The notes under the pieces are model-generated. The model made no database searches and was not told where the DNA came from. It saw nothing but the letters and a program-made list of their open reading frames with translations. A stretch of DNA of 43,192 nucleotides from a virus (taxonomy: Duplodnaviria > Caudoviricetes): the IMG/VR virus record IMGVR_UViG_3300009095_000027, positions 1-43,192 of that record. One strand, written 5' to 3'. The stretch's first letter is position 1, and the number at the start of each line of letters is the position of its first letter. This document shows, one piece after another, positions 8,601 through 16,622 of this stretch. The translations under genes were made by a program, and so were the position numbers.

Positions 8601-9154
8601 GAGATGATCGGGATTCTGAGATTGCCCTGTACGTCGAGCACTACAAGTCACCGAAGTACGGGATGGGGTCGCGGCGGCAAGCCGACGTTCAGCGCATCCT
8701 GAAGGATCTGCGGCGTGGTTCGCTATTGGATGTCAGCACCGGCCGAGGGGAGACGCTGAAGTTCGCCAAGAGGCTTGGTTTTGAGCCAGTGGCGGGTACG
8801 GAGGTGGTGCCTGACCTGCTGAATGATGAAGTCGTATTCGCCCAAGCGCATAGCCTGCCGTTCGAGGACAACAGCTTCGATCACGTGACCTGCTTCGACG
8901 TGCTGGAACATTTGATTGAAGAAGACATTAGGCCCGCTCTGATGGAAATGTACCGGGTCGCCCGGATGTCCGTCACGGTCAGCGCCAGCGAGCGCCCCAG
9001 CATCTTTGGCGGAGTGGACCTGCATATCAGCAAGCGTCCGGCACCGGAGTGGCACCGGCTGATTCGGGACTGTTGGGACCGCAACACGAAGCGAATCGGC
9101 AAGGCCGGCGGGAGTCCTGCATTTCAGGTCATCAAGTATGGCCCTGTTGGCTGA
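8597..9154 (+). CDS. class I SAM-dependent methyltransferase
   Basis: LLDVSTGRG motif I, SLPFEDNSFDHVTCFDVLEHL; TTG start overlaps upstream TGA with GGAGG RBS. Confidence 0.88.
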   Translation: MRDDRDSEIALYVEHYKSPKYGMGSRRQADVQRILKDLRRGSLLDVSTGRGETLKFAKRLGFEPVAGTEVVPDLLNDEVVFAQAHSLPFEDNSFDHVTCFDVLEHLIEEDIRPALMEMYRVARMSVTVSASERPSIFGGVDLHISKRPAPEWHRLIRDCWDRNTKRIGKAGGSPAFQVIKYGPVG

Positions 9155-9845
9155 TCTGCTTCCTGCCGTCAAGGGCAGGCCAGCGGTGATCATGGGCGGG
9201 GCGCCGAGCCTGCCTGATGATGTGGAGAAGGTGAAGGGCGATGCCATCTGGTTCAGCGCCAATCAGCACGGCGCCATGCTCAGGCAGTGCGACTACATCG
9301 TCTACGTGGACCCGGTTCATCAGGTCACACGGGAGCGGATGCAGGACAAGCTGTCAGCATTCGGCGTGCCGACGATCTCGCCATGTTTCGGCGCCGACTA
9401 CCGCGTTCCGAATTGGAACGCGGCCGGGTTCCGGGGGAACTGCGGAATGCAATCCATCTGGTTCGCGTCGATGCTAGGCGCCAATCCGATCATCGTATGC
9501 GGCATGGAGTGCTACCGGGGCGGCGTGTACTGGCACGACGCGGAGGCCAAGAGTTCGAGCAAGGGCAGGCCGGAGAAGTTCTTCGACGCGCGCATTGCGG
9601 ACCTAAAGCGGCTTGTTGATGGGGCTAACATCCGTGCTGTCACGCCATCCATGCAGAAGCACTTTCCGGCCTACGATCCCGCCGAGGAGGTCAGTCCTTC
9701 GGCGGCCGCTCTGGCGGTGTCGGAGCAGGAAATAGAGGTCAGGTTCAGACGGTCAACCGTGATTGCCAAGACAAGATTCGGGGCGGGAAGCAAGGCAATG
9801 CTCACTCAATTCGAGTGTGAGCGGTGGCGGAGGTATGTGCAGTAA
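9138..9845 (+). CDS. second CstII/Maf-like putative glycosyltransferase
   Basis: AVIMGGAPSL, FSANQH, DYIVYVD, NCGMQSIWFASMLGANPIIVCGMECY motifs. Confidence 0.65.
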   Translation: MALLADLLPAVKGRPAVIMGGAPSLPDDVEKVKGDAIWFSANQHGAMLRQCDYIVYVDPVHQVTRERMQDKLSAFGVPTISPCFGADYRVPNWNAAGFRGNCGMQSIWFASMLGANPIIVCGMECYRGGVYWHDAEAKSSSKGRPEKFFDARIADLKRLVDGANIRAVTPSMQKHFPAYDPAEEVSPSAAALAVSEQEIEVRFRRSTVIAKTRFGAGSKAMLTQFECERWRRYVQ

Positions 9846-10309
9846 TGGATATCCAGGTTGATGTCCGGGGGCTCGACGAGATCGAGCGAAAGCTGCGCCT
9901 GCTTCCGGACAGGCTCGGCAACAACGCCATGCGCCGCGCTTTGCGCAAAGGCGCGAACATCGTGCGCGATGCCGCGCGCAAGAATGCGCAGAAGATCGAC
10001 GATCTGAAAACCCGCGAGCAGATTTACAAGAACATCGCCGTGTATGGCGGTGGGCGTCGGCGGGAAAAAGAAGTCGGCGGCGTCATGATGCGTGTTGGCG
10101 TCCGGGGTGGGGCGCGTCCGACTCGGGGCGATATTGCTGCGCCTGGGGGGAATACTACGCATTGGCGCTTTATAGAGTTTGGCACTTCGGAGGCATCGGC
10201 TAAGCCCTTCATGCGCCCGGCGATGAATTCGACCGCAAGCCAGGTTTTTAATGCTGTAGCAGAGTCTGCGACGAAGGAACTGGATAAGGAACTGGACAAG
10301 CTGAAATGA
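9845..10309 (+). CDS. HK97 gp10-like tail component
   Basis: GLDEIERKL, HWRFIEFGT, KPFMRPA. Confidence 0.9.
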   Translation: MDIQVDVRGLDEIERKLRLLPDRLGNNAMRRALRKGANIVRDAARKNAQKIDDLKTREQIYKNIAVYGGGRRREKEVGGVMMRVGVRGGARPTRGDIAAPGGNTTHWRFIEFGTSEASAKPFMRPAMNSTASQVFNAVAESATKELDKELDKLK

Positions 10310-10683
10310 CGCCGCCGCTATTCACATGGGTCACGGCCTCAGCCGCAGTCAAGAATCTGCTAGGCACCAACCCGACGCGCTTTTGGCCGTTCCATCAAGC
10401 GCCGCATGCGAATGATGCGGTTGCTGCGGCGCCATACGCTGTCTGGCAAGTTGTGTACGGCGCGCCGACGAATTACATCGGCACGATGCCGGATTCCGAC
10501 AACACTGGAATTCAAGTCGACTGTTATGCGGCGACGGCAACGGCGGCACGGAATGTCCTGCTTGCTCTGCGTGATGCATTTGAGCCGCATGGGATCGTGA
10601 CGAACTACAACGGCGAGGAACGTGATGCACCGACCGGGCTTTACCGTGCGGGCATGACACTGGAGTTCTGGACGGATAGATAA
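10306..10683 (+). CDS. tail terminator (DUF3168-like)
   Basis: PYAVWQVV, IQVDCYA; position between gp10-like and tail tube genes. Confidence 0.82.
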   Translation: MTPPLFTWVTASAAVKNLLGTNPTRFWPFHQAPHANDAVAAAPYAVWQVVYGAPTNYIGTMPDSDNTGIQVDCYAATATAARNVLLALRDAFEPHGIVTNYNGEERDAPTGLYRAGMTLEFWTDR

Positions 10684-10685
10684 GG

Positions 10686-10730
10686 CCCCGGTTAGGCCCG
10701 TCGGGAGACGCCCCGAAGCCGGGCATTTTT
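10686..10730 (+). terminator. probable terminator-like structure after tail terminator gene
   Basis: CCCGGTT/AGCCGGG outer stem, inner CGTC-GGGA-GACG hairpin, then TTTTT. Confidence 0.45.
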
Positions 10731-10786
10731 ACTACACCTGAGTGGCGACAGGTGTTATACCCCGCGTTTTGAGAGCGGGAGGAAGC

Positions 10787-11164
10787 ATGGCCAAAACATC
10801 AGGTTTGACGAAAGCATTCGCGTGGTTCTTTGCGTTGACCGGCGTGCTGACGGTGTACGTCGCCGCGACATCGGAGAGTTCCACGAGTGGAGGCGATGGC
10901 AGGGAAACGCTGCTGTCGAGCGGTGCATGCGCCACGGCAAAGAATGCCGTGCGTGATTATCTAAAGGCGCCGTCAACAGCAAAGTTCTCGGATTGCTATG
11001 AGGTGCGCGCGAACGAGGAAGGAACGCGCTTCTTTGTTAAAGGCCACGTTGACGCACACAACAGTTTCGGTGCGATGCTGCGTAAGGAGTATGCGGTCTT
11101 TGTCGTTATGCCAAAGGGCGGGACGATTTCAGATATGACCGCCGAGAAGATCGCAATTAATTAG
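10787..11164 (+). CDS. membrane-anchored moron protein of unknown function
   Basis: GGGAGG RBS; N-terminal TM segment AFAWFFALTGVLTVYVAA; YLKAPSTAKF and VDAHNSFGAM motifs. Confidence 0.75.
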   Translation: MAKTSGLTKAFAWFFALTGVLTVYVAATSESSTSGGDGRETLLSSGACATAKNAVRDYLKAPSTAKFSDCYEVRANEEGTRFFVKGHVDAHNSFGAMLRKEYAVFVVMPKGGTISDMTAEKIAIN

Positions 11165-11181
11165 AGCAACCAAGCTCATCA

Positions 11182-11210
11182 AGGCCCCGCCAAGTGCGGG
11201 GCTTTTTTTT
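11182..11210 (+). terminator. intrinsic terminator closing the moron
   Basis: GGCCCCGC-CAAGT-GCGGGGCT plus T-run. Confidence 0.8.
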
Positions 11211-11306
11211 GGCCCGAGTTCGGTCTGCAGGCCGAATCCGCCTGTCGTGATGACACGCGGAAACCGCGTCGTGAGACGCCACATTCCCATCTGATGGAGA
11301 AACACT

Positions 11307-11786
11307 ATGTCTTTAAACGTACAAGGGTCGCAGCTGTATTTCATTGACCCGGAAGGGTCGAACGGCGGCGAGGTTGTCGAGGTTGGTTGCGTCACCACGC
11401 TGGACGGCCTGACCGCTTCGCGTGATCAATTGGATGTCACGTGCATCAGCGACGAGGCGCGCCGCTTCGAGGCGGGCTTGCTGACGCCCGGCGCGGCGAC
11501 GTTCGCGATCTTTTTCGATCTGGACGACGAATCGCACCAGCGTATGCACGAACTGTATCGCGCGGGCACGACGCTCAAGTGGGCATTGGGCTTTTCGGAT
11601 GGCACTAGCGATCCGTCCGGCGTTGACTCCGACGGCGATTTCGTTCTGCCGACCAGCCGGTCGTTCATCACGTTCGATGGCTACATCAGCGACTTCCCTT
11701 GGTCGTTCGCTGTGGGGCAGAAGGTGACGAACAACCTTTCGGTGCAGGTTTCGGATTTCCCGGTTCTGGTTAAGGCAAGCACCTAA
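11307..11786 (+). CDS. major tail (tube) protein
   Basis: QGSQLYFIDP, DQLDVTC, GLLTPG, FDGYISDFP. Confidence 0.88.
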   Translation: MSLNVQGSQLYFIDPEGSNGGEVVEVGCVTTLDGLTASRDQLDVTCISDEARRFEAGLLTPGAATFAIFFDLDDESHQRMHELYRAGTTLKWALGFSDGTSDPSGVDSDGDFVLPTSRSFITFDGYISDFPWSFAVGQKVTNNLSVQVSDFPVLVKAST

Positions 11787-11870
11787 ACGGCGACAGCAGA
11801 ATCAACGGGCGGTCGTGTGGGCTGTTTCTCGCCGTGCAGATTCCCGCGCCCACCTATTTAACGGCGAACT

Positions 11871-12197
11871 ATGAAATCTCTCAAAGACCTTAAAGCAGTT
11901 GGCGGCGTTATCCCGGAAGCTCCGGTCACTAAGCAAATCACGTTCAAGCTGGACGATGACCAGGAATACACCGCGACGATTCACGTCAAGCGGTTGTCGA
12001 TTGGCGATCATGAAAAGCTGTTTGCGGCAAAGCTTGAGGAAGGCGCTGCATCGGCGCATCTGATCTCGTATGCGGTGATGTTGGGCGAGGACGGCAAGGA
12101 GCGAATCCCGTTTAAGGATGCGGAGCGTTTTCACCCTAATCTTGCCAAGGCGATGATTGATGCGGTGCAAGAGGTCAACGAGCCAAAAAAGTCTTAA
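11871..12197 (+). CDS. tail assembly chaperone (gpG-like)
   Basis: between tail tube and tape measure genes; ends EPKKS on a slippery sequence. Confidence 0.85.
   Translation: MKSLKDLKAVGGVIPEAPVTKQITFKLDDDQEYTATIHVKRLSIGDHEKLFAAKLEEGAASAHLISYAVMLGEDGKERIPFKDAERFHPNLAKAMIDAVQEVNEPKKS
12185..12191 (+). other. programmed -1 ribosomal frameshift site A-AAA-AAG
   Basis: -1 frame is open (KKVLTAHDKFLHELALALGMTVAEL...) to 12532. Confidence 0.88.
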
Positions 12198-12532
12198 CCG
12201 CGCACGACAAGTTCCTGCATGAACTTGCGCTAGCTTTGGGGATGACGGTTGCCGAGTTGCGCGGCCGGCTCAGTTATTCCGAGTACTGCGACTGGCAGAC
12301 CTACTTCGAGGAAATGGGGCCAGCGAATATTGCTGTGCGGTTCGAGTGGGCAATCGCAAGGGCTGTCTCCCCATTCCTAAAGAACGTGAGACCACGCGAC
12401 CTCGCTATCTGGCCGAAAGAGCCGGAAAAGGTCGCAACCCCTCAAGACGTTGTCGCCTTGTTGACCAACATGGCGCATCAGACAAAGGCAGCAAAGAATG
12501 GCAGCGCGAAATCTCGGAACGCTCACCGTTGA
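12185..12532 (+). CDS. frameshift extension of tail chaperone (gpGT-like)
   Basis: LALALGMTVAEL...SEYCDW; no separate strong RBS. Confidence 0.8.
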   Translation, partial: KKVLTAHDKFLHELALALGMTVAELRGRLSYSEYCDWQTYFEEMGPANIAVRFEWAIARAVSPFLKNVRPRDLAIWPKEPEKVATPQDVVALLTNMAHQTKAAKNGSAKSRNAHR

Positions 12533-14513
12533 CGTAGTCGCCAAGACCGGCGGTCTCGTGCAGGGCATGGAGAAGGCCGAGCGTGAAACGTCGAAGCGGA
12601 TGGACAAGATTGCGGCTGACGCCAAAAAGGCGGGCGCTGCAATCGGCATTGCCCTGGCCGGGATTTCGACTGCTATTGCAGTAGGCGTTCGCAACACCAT
12701 CAAGGAGATCGACAAGCTATCCCTGATGTCCGATCAGATCGGTGTTACCACCGAGGCCTTATCTAGCTTGCGTTATGCGGCTGAGCAGATGGCCGGCGTG
12801 TCCGAGGGGCAATTCGATATGGCGCTGCGCCGGATGACGCGGCGCATCACCGAAGCAGCGGACGGTGCCGGCCCTGCTGCTGCAGCGCTGCGCGCGCTGG
12901 GCTTGTCTGCGGAGGATCTGGCGAAGCTCAGCCCTGACGAGCAGTTCCGCCGACTTGCGGACGCCATGAAGCAGACGGAGGATCAGGGCACGCGCCTACG
13001 CGCGACGATGGCGATATTCGATACCGAGGGCATGCCGCTGGTCAACATGCTCAAGGAGGGCGCGGAGGGAATTCGCCAGTTTGAAGAAGAAGCTAATCGT
13101 CTCGGTGTCACCATTGATGAGCAGACGGCCGCAGCGGCTAGAGCGTTTGGCACGGAACTGAACACGCTCAACGCTATAAAGAACGGCTTGTACAACAGTA
13201 TTACGGCCGAACTTTTGCCGACACTTGTTGCGCTCACGCGCAGATTCACCGAAACCACAAATGGCGTTGATGCGTTCTCTAAAGCCACGCAGATCGCGGT
13301 CAGTGGCGTCAAGCTCCTGGTGTCTGTCGGCGCGTGGGTGATCGGTACGTTCAAAACCTGGGGTGAGGCAATCGGTGGCGTGGCGGCCGCAATGGGGGCG
13401 TTGCTGTCAGGAAATTTCCGAGAAGCGGCGGACATCGTCAAGATGGTCGGCTCGGATATTGTCAAGAACATTAAAGACACGGTCTCTACCGTTGAGTCCG
13501 TTTGGGATGACGTAAAAGTAAATTACGAAGTCCCGGCGCGAAAACTCGCCGCTCCCGTTTCCTTTGCTGTGGAAAAGGTCAAGGCGGAAGGCAAGAAGGT
13601 CGTTAGCGAGGCTGAGAAAATTTATCAACAGGTGGAGCAGCGGCTTGCTCGCCTGTCTACGGACATTGCAACCTTCGGAATGGACGAGGGGCAGCGTCTC
13701 GTTTTTGAAATCGAATTGCAGGGTGCAACGCCCGAGCAGATCGCCCGCGCGCAGTCGCTAACTGACACATTGCGGCGCTTGCGCGAGGAAGAAGAAGAAC
13801 GCGAGAAGGCGCAAGAGCGCCAGAAGCGCGCACAGTTCGTTCTCGATACGCTTAACCTAGAGATCGAAGCGCTGGGCAAATCCGCCGAATGGATCGCAAA
13901 GCGGAACGCTCTGCTGAATGCCGGCGTGACGGCCGAGTCGGAGATGGGACAGGCCATCATCGCGACCGTGGAAGAACTGTATCGGCAGGGCGACGCGATG
14001 TCTGCTCAGATCGAGGCAATGGACGCTTTCCGCAGCAGCGCGTCAAATGCTTTGTCCGATTTCATGAGCGGCGCGAAGTCCGCCAAAGAAGCCGCAATCG
14101 ACTTTCTTGATTCCTTCCGCAAGCGATTGATGGACATGATCTCCGAGCGGTTGATGGATCAACTATTCGGGCAGCTTGGCCAGGGTGGCGGCGGCATGTT
14201 CGGAGATTTCTTCGGCGGCCTGTTCGGCGGGATCTTTGGTGGAGGCCGGGCTTCTGGTGGTGCAGTTGGCCCGAACCGAATCTATGAGGTCAACGAAGCC
14301 GGAATGGAAATGCTCACTGTTCGTGGGCGGGACTATCTCTTGACGGGGAATAACTCCGGTGAGATCACCCCCGCGCATGAACTGAGCGGCGGTCCGAATG
14401 TGACCATCAATCAGAACTTTGCCCCTGGCACGCCTGATGAGGTGCGTCGTGCCGCTGGTGCCGGTGCGCGCTCTGCGCTGTCGTTCATGAACAACGCTCA
14501 ACGGTACGCCTGA
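12498..14513 (+). CDS. tape measure protein
   Basis: LGTLTVDVVA start, Ala-rich helical body, GGRASGGAV..YEVNEAGME C-terminus. Confidence 0.92.
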   Translation: MAARNLGTLTVDVVAKTGGLVQGMEKAERETSKRMDKIAADAKKAGAAIGIALAGISTAIAVGVRNTIKEIDKLSLMSDQIGVTTEALSSLRYAAEQMAGVSEGQFDMALRRMTRRITEAADGAGPAAAALRALGLSAEDLAKLSPDEQFRRLADAMKQTEDQGTRLRATMAIFDTEGMPLVNMLKEGAEGIRQFEEEANRLGVTIDEQTAAAARAFGTELNTLNAIKNGLYNSITAELLPTLVALTRRFTETTNGVDAFSKATQIAVSGVKLLVSVGAWVIGTFKTWGEAIGGVAAAMGALLSGNFREAADIVKMVGSDIVKNIKDTVSTVESVWDDVKVNYEVPARKLAAPVSFAVEKVKAEGKKVVSEAEKIYQQVEQRLARLSTDIATFGMDEGQRLVFEIELQGATPEQIARAQSLTDTLRRLREEEEEREKAQERQKRAQFVLDTLNLEIEALGKSAEWIAKRNALLNAGVTAESEMGQAIIATVEELYRQGDAMSAQIEAMDAFRSSASNALSDFMSGAKSAKEAAIDFLDSFRKRLMDMISERLMDQLFGQLGQGGGGMFGDFFGGLFGGIFGGGRASGGAVGPNRIYEVNEAGMEMLTVRGRDYLLTGNNSGEITPAHELSGGPNVTINQNFAPGTPDEVRRAAGAGARSALSFMNNAQRYA

Positions 14514-15397
14514 TGTCACAGCCTTTCCTCGAAGAGCAACTTCCGGGCTGCATCCGATACGGATCGTCCTGGCAGGACGATTACAGCGTCCGCATCGTGC
14601 AGACCGCAGACGGCAGCGAATATCGGACGCTCGTACATCCGTTCCCTGTGCGCCGGTTCAGCGTGTTCTACACGAAAGAGAAGTCGCGGCTGTGGGATGA
14701 AATCGTCTCGTTCTATCACCGGTGCTATGGCCGGTTCGCCGGATTCCGCGTACGCGCCGAGGACGACTTTTCCACCAATGGCACAACCGGCACCCCTACG
14801 GCCTGGGACCAGGAATTAGAGCTAGTTTCTGCTGGCGTCTATCAACTCCGAAAAGAATACGGCACTGGCGCGAACGGCCTGCCGATCATTGGCCGGCCGT
14901 GGCGCACCATCTTCAAGCCGGTATCTGGCACGGTGAGGGTTGGGATCCGCAACCCCATCACCGGGGATTTTGAGTCCACCGCATTTACGGTTGACACGAC
15001 GACCGGCCGGGTCTCTTTTGCCGCGAACAAGAATCGCGCAATCACCAATATCACCCAAGCAAGTCAAGCCGTGATTACCGTAGGGGCGAACACCTATATT
15101 AATGGCGAGCAGGTCCATATCTCTGGTGTGGAGGGCATGACCGAAATCAACGGCATGCGCGCAACGATTGTCGGGCGGACATCGACCGATATTACCGTTG
15201 ACATTGATACCACAGGGTTTAGCGCTTACACGTCTGGCGGCGAGGTCAATACGCAACCACAGGCAGGCGAGGATATCTATGGCGGGTGTCTGTTCGACCT
15301 GCCTTGTCGTTTCGATTCCCCATTGGATGTTACGCCTGTTTCGCCCGAGCTTCGGGAGACGGGTGTGCTTGAGATCGTGGAGTTATTGAAACCGTGA
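14513..15397 (+). CDS. distal tail protein, GTA DUF2460-like, with inserted FCCH-like beta domain
   Basis: FYHRCYGRFAGFRVR, RTIFKPVSGTV, FDLPCRFD; insert ITNITQASQAVITV..ISGVEGMTEING. Confidence 0.78.
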   Translation: MSQPFLEEQLPGCIRYGSSWQDDYSVRIVQTADGSEYRTLVHPFPVRRFSVFYTKEKSRLWDEIVSFYHRCYGRFAGFRVRAEDDFSTNGTTGTPTAWDQELELVSAGVYQLRKEYGTGANGLPIIGRPWRTIFKPVSGTVRVGIRNPITGDFESTAFTVDTTTGRVSFAANKNRAITNITQASQAVITVGANTYINGEQVHISGVEGMTEINGMRATIVGRTSTDITVDIDTTGFSAYTSGGEVNTQPQAGEDIYGGCLFDLPCRFDSPLDVTPVSPELRETGVLEIVELLKP

Positions 15398-16224
15398 AGC
15401 CGCATGTCGCTGATTATCACTATCGCACGACCTGCTTGCGGATCGAGCCGACCTTCGGTCCCGTTATTCGGCTGACGCAGTTCCCGCGCGATCTGAAAAT
15501 GAGTAACGGCGAGGTCTACGTCAGTAGTTCGGGCTATCAGTTCACCGGCTATACGTCTGCGTCGAGTTTATCGCCGGCCTTGATTGATCTGGAAGGAATC
15601 GCCGGGATTGCGGGAATCACCCGCGCGCAGCTTTCGAGCGGGCAGTATGACAACGCCCGGTGCTACTGCTTCGCGACGACATGGCACACGCCCATCGAGG
15701 ACGAGGAACCAATCGTCGCGAGCATCTTAGGCAAAACAACGCTTGTCGATGATCGGTATCGCATCGAGGAAATGGCGCTGCTGGATGCGCTGAATCAGTC
15801 CGTGGGGGAGACGTACGGGCCGACGTGTCCCAAGGTGTTCGGCGGACAGGAATTTGCGGGCTGCAAGGTTGATCTCGGCCCCTTGCGGGTGACGGGGTCT
15901 ATTACTGACGTGTCCGGTCCCTATGTGTTCCGCGACTCGACTCGAAGCGAGGACGACGACTGGTTCGCGGCGGGCGACATTGTGTTCACCACCGGGCCGA
16001 ATGCCGGCCTACCTCCGCAGAAGATCAAAGCATATGAGTCGGACGGCACGATTGAGTTGTTTGAGCCGTTTTACTATGCCGTGTCGGTTGGGGATGAATA
16101 CGAAATGACGCCCGGTTGCCGGAAACGAAAACAGGACTGTCACGGCAAATATAACAACATCGTCAACTTCGGTGGATTCCCCGATGTGCCTCTGCAGAGC
16201 ACCTATCAGAAGTGGGGTACCTGA
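15394..16224 (+). CDS. tail hub protein, GTA DUF2163/BR0599-like
   Basis: Cys pattern CPKVFG..GCKVD and PGCRK...C..KYNNIVNFGGFP. Confidence 0.85.
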   Translation: MKPHVADYHYRTTCLRIEPTFGPVIRLTQFPRDLKMSNGEVYVSSSGYQFTGYTSASSLSPALIDLEGIAGIAGITRAQLSSGQYDNARCYCFATTWHTPIEDEEPIVASILGKTTLVDDRYRIEEMALLDALNQSVGETYGPTCPKVFGGQEFAGCKVDLGPLRVTGSITDVSGPYVFRDSTRSEDDDWFAAGDIVFTTGPNAGLPPQKIKAYESDGTIELFEPFYYAVSVGDEYEMTPGCRKRKQDCHGKYNNIVNFGGFPDVPLQSTYQKWGT

Positions 16225-16622
16225 TGCAGGAGCAAATCATCAATGCGGCGCGCGAGTGTATTGGCACGCCGTTTCGTCATCAGGGGCGTATCCCCGGGAA
16301 AGCGCTTGATTGTGCTGGCTTGGCGGTAGTCGTATTCCGAAGGCTTGGTTTTGATGTGGTCGACGTGCAGGGCTATTCCCGGTTGCCTCATCGTGGCCGG
16401 TTGAAGGCGGCCATCGAGGCGCAGCCGTTTATCGAGCGTGTGCATGATGAAAGGCCGGGTGACGTGCTCTTAATCCGTGTCGGGTCCGAGCCGACGCACA
16501 TCGCCATTGATGCGGGCGGAACGATGATTCACGCTTATGAGCATGTGGGCAAGGTGTGCGAGCACGTTATTGATAAGTCATGGCGTGACGGGATTGTCGC
16601 GCGGTACAGGGTGAAGCAATGA
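16224..16622 (+). CDS. NlpC/P60 tail-tip peptidase
   Basis: GTPFRHQGR, LDCAGL, HIAI..MIHAY catalytic Cys/His. Confidence 0.92.
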   Translation: MQEQIINAARECIGTPFRHQGRIPGKALDCAGLAVVVFRRLGFDVVDVQGYSRLPHRGRLKAAIEAQPFIERVHDERPGDVLLIRVGSEPTHIAIDAGGTMIHAYEHVGKVCEHVIDKSWRDGIVARYRVKQ

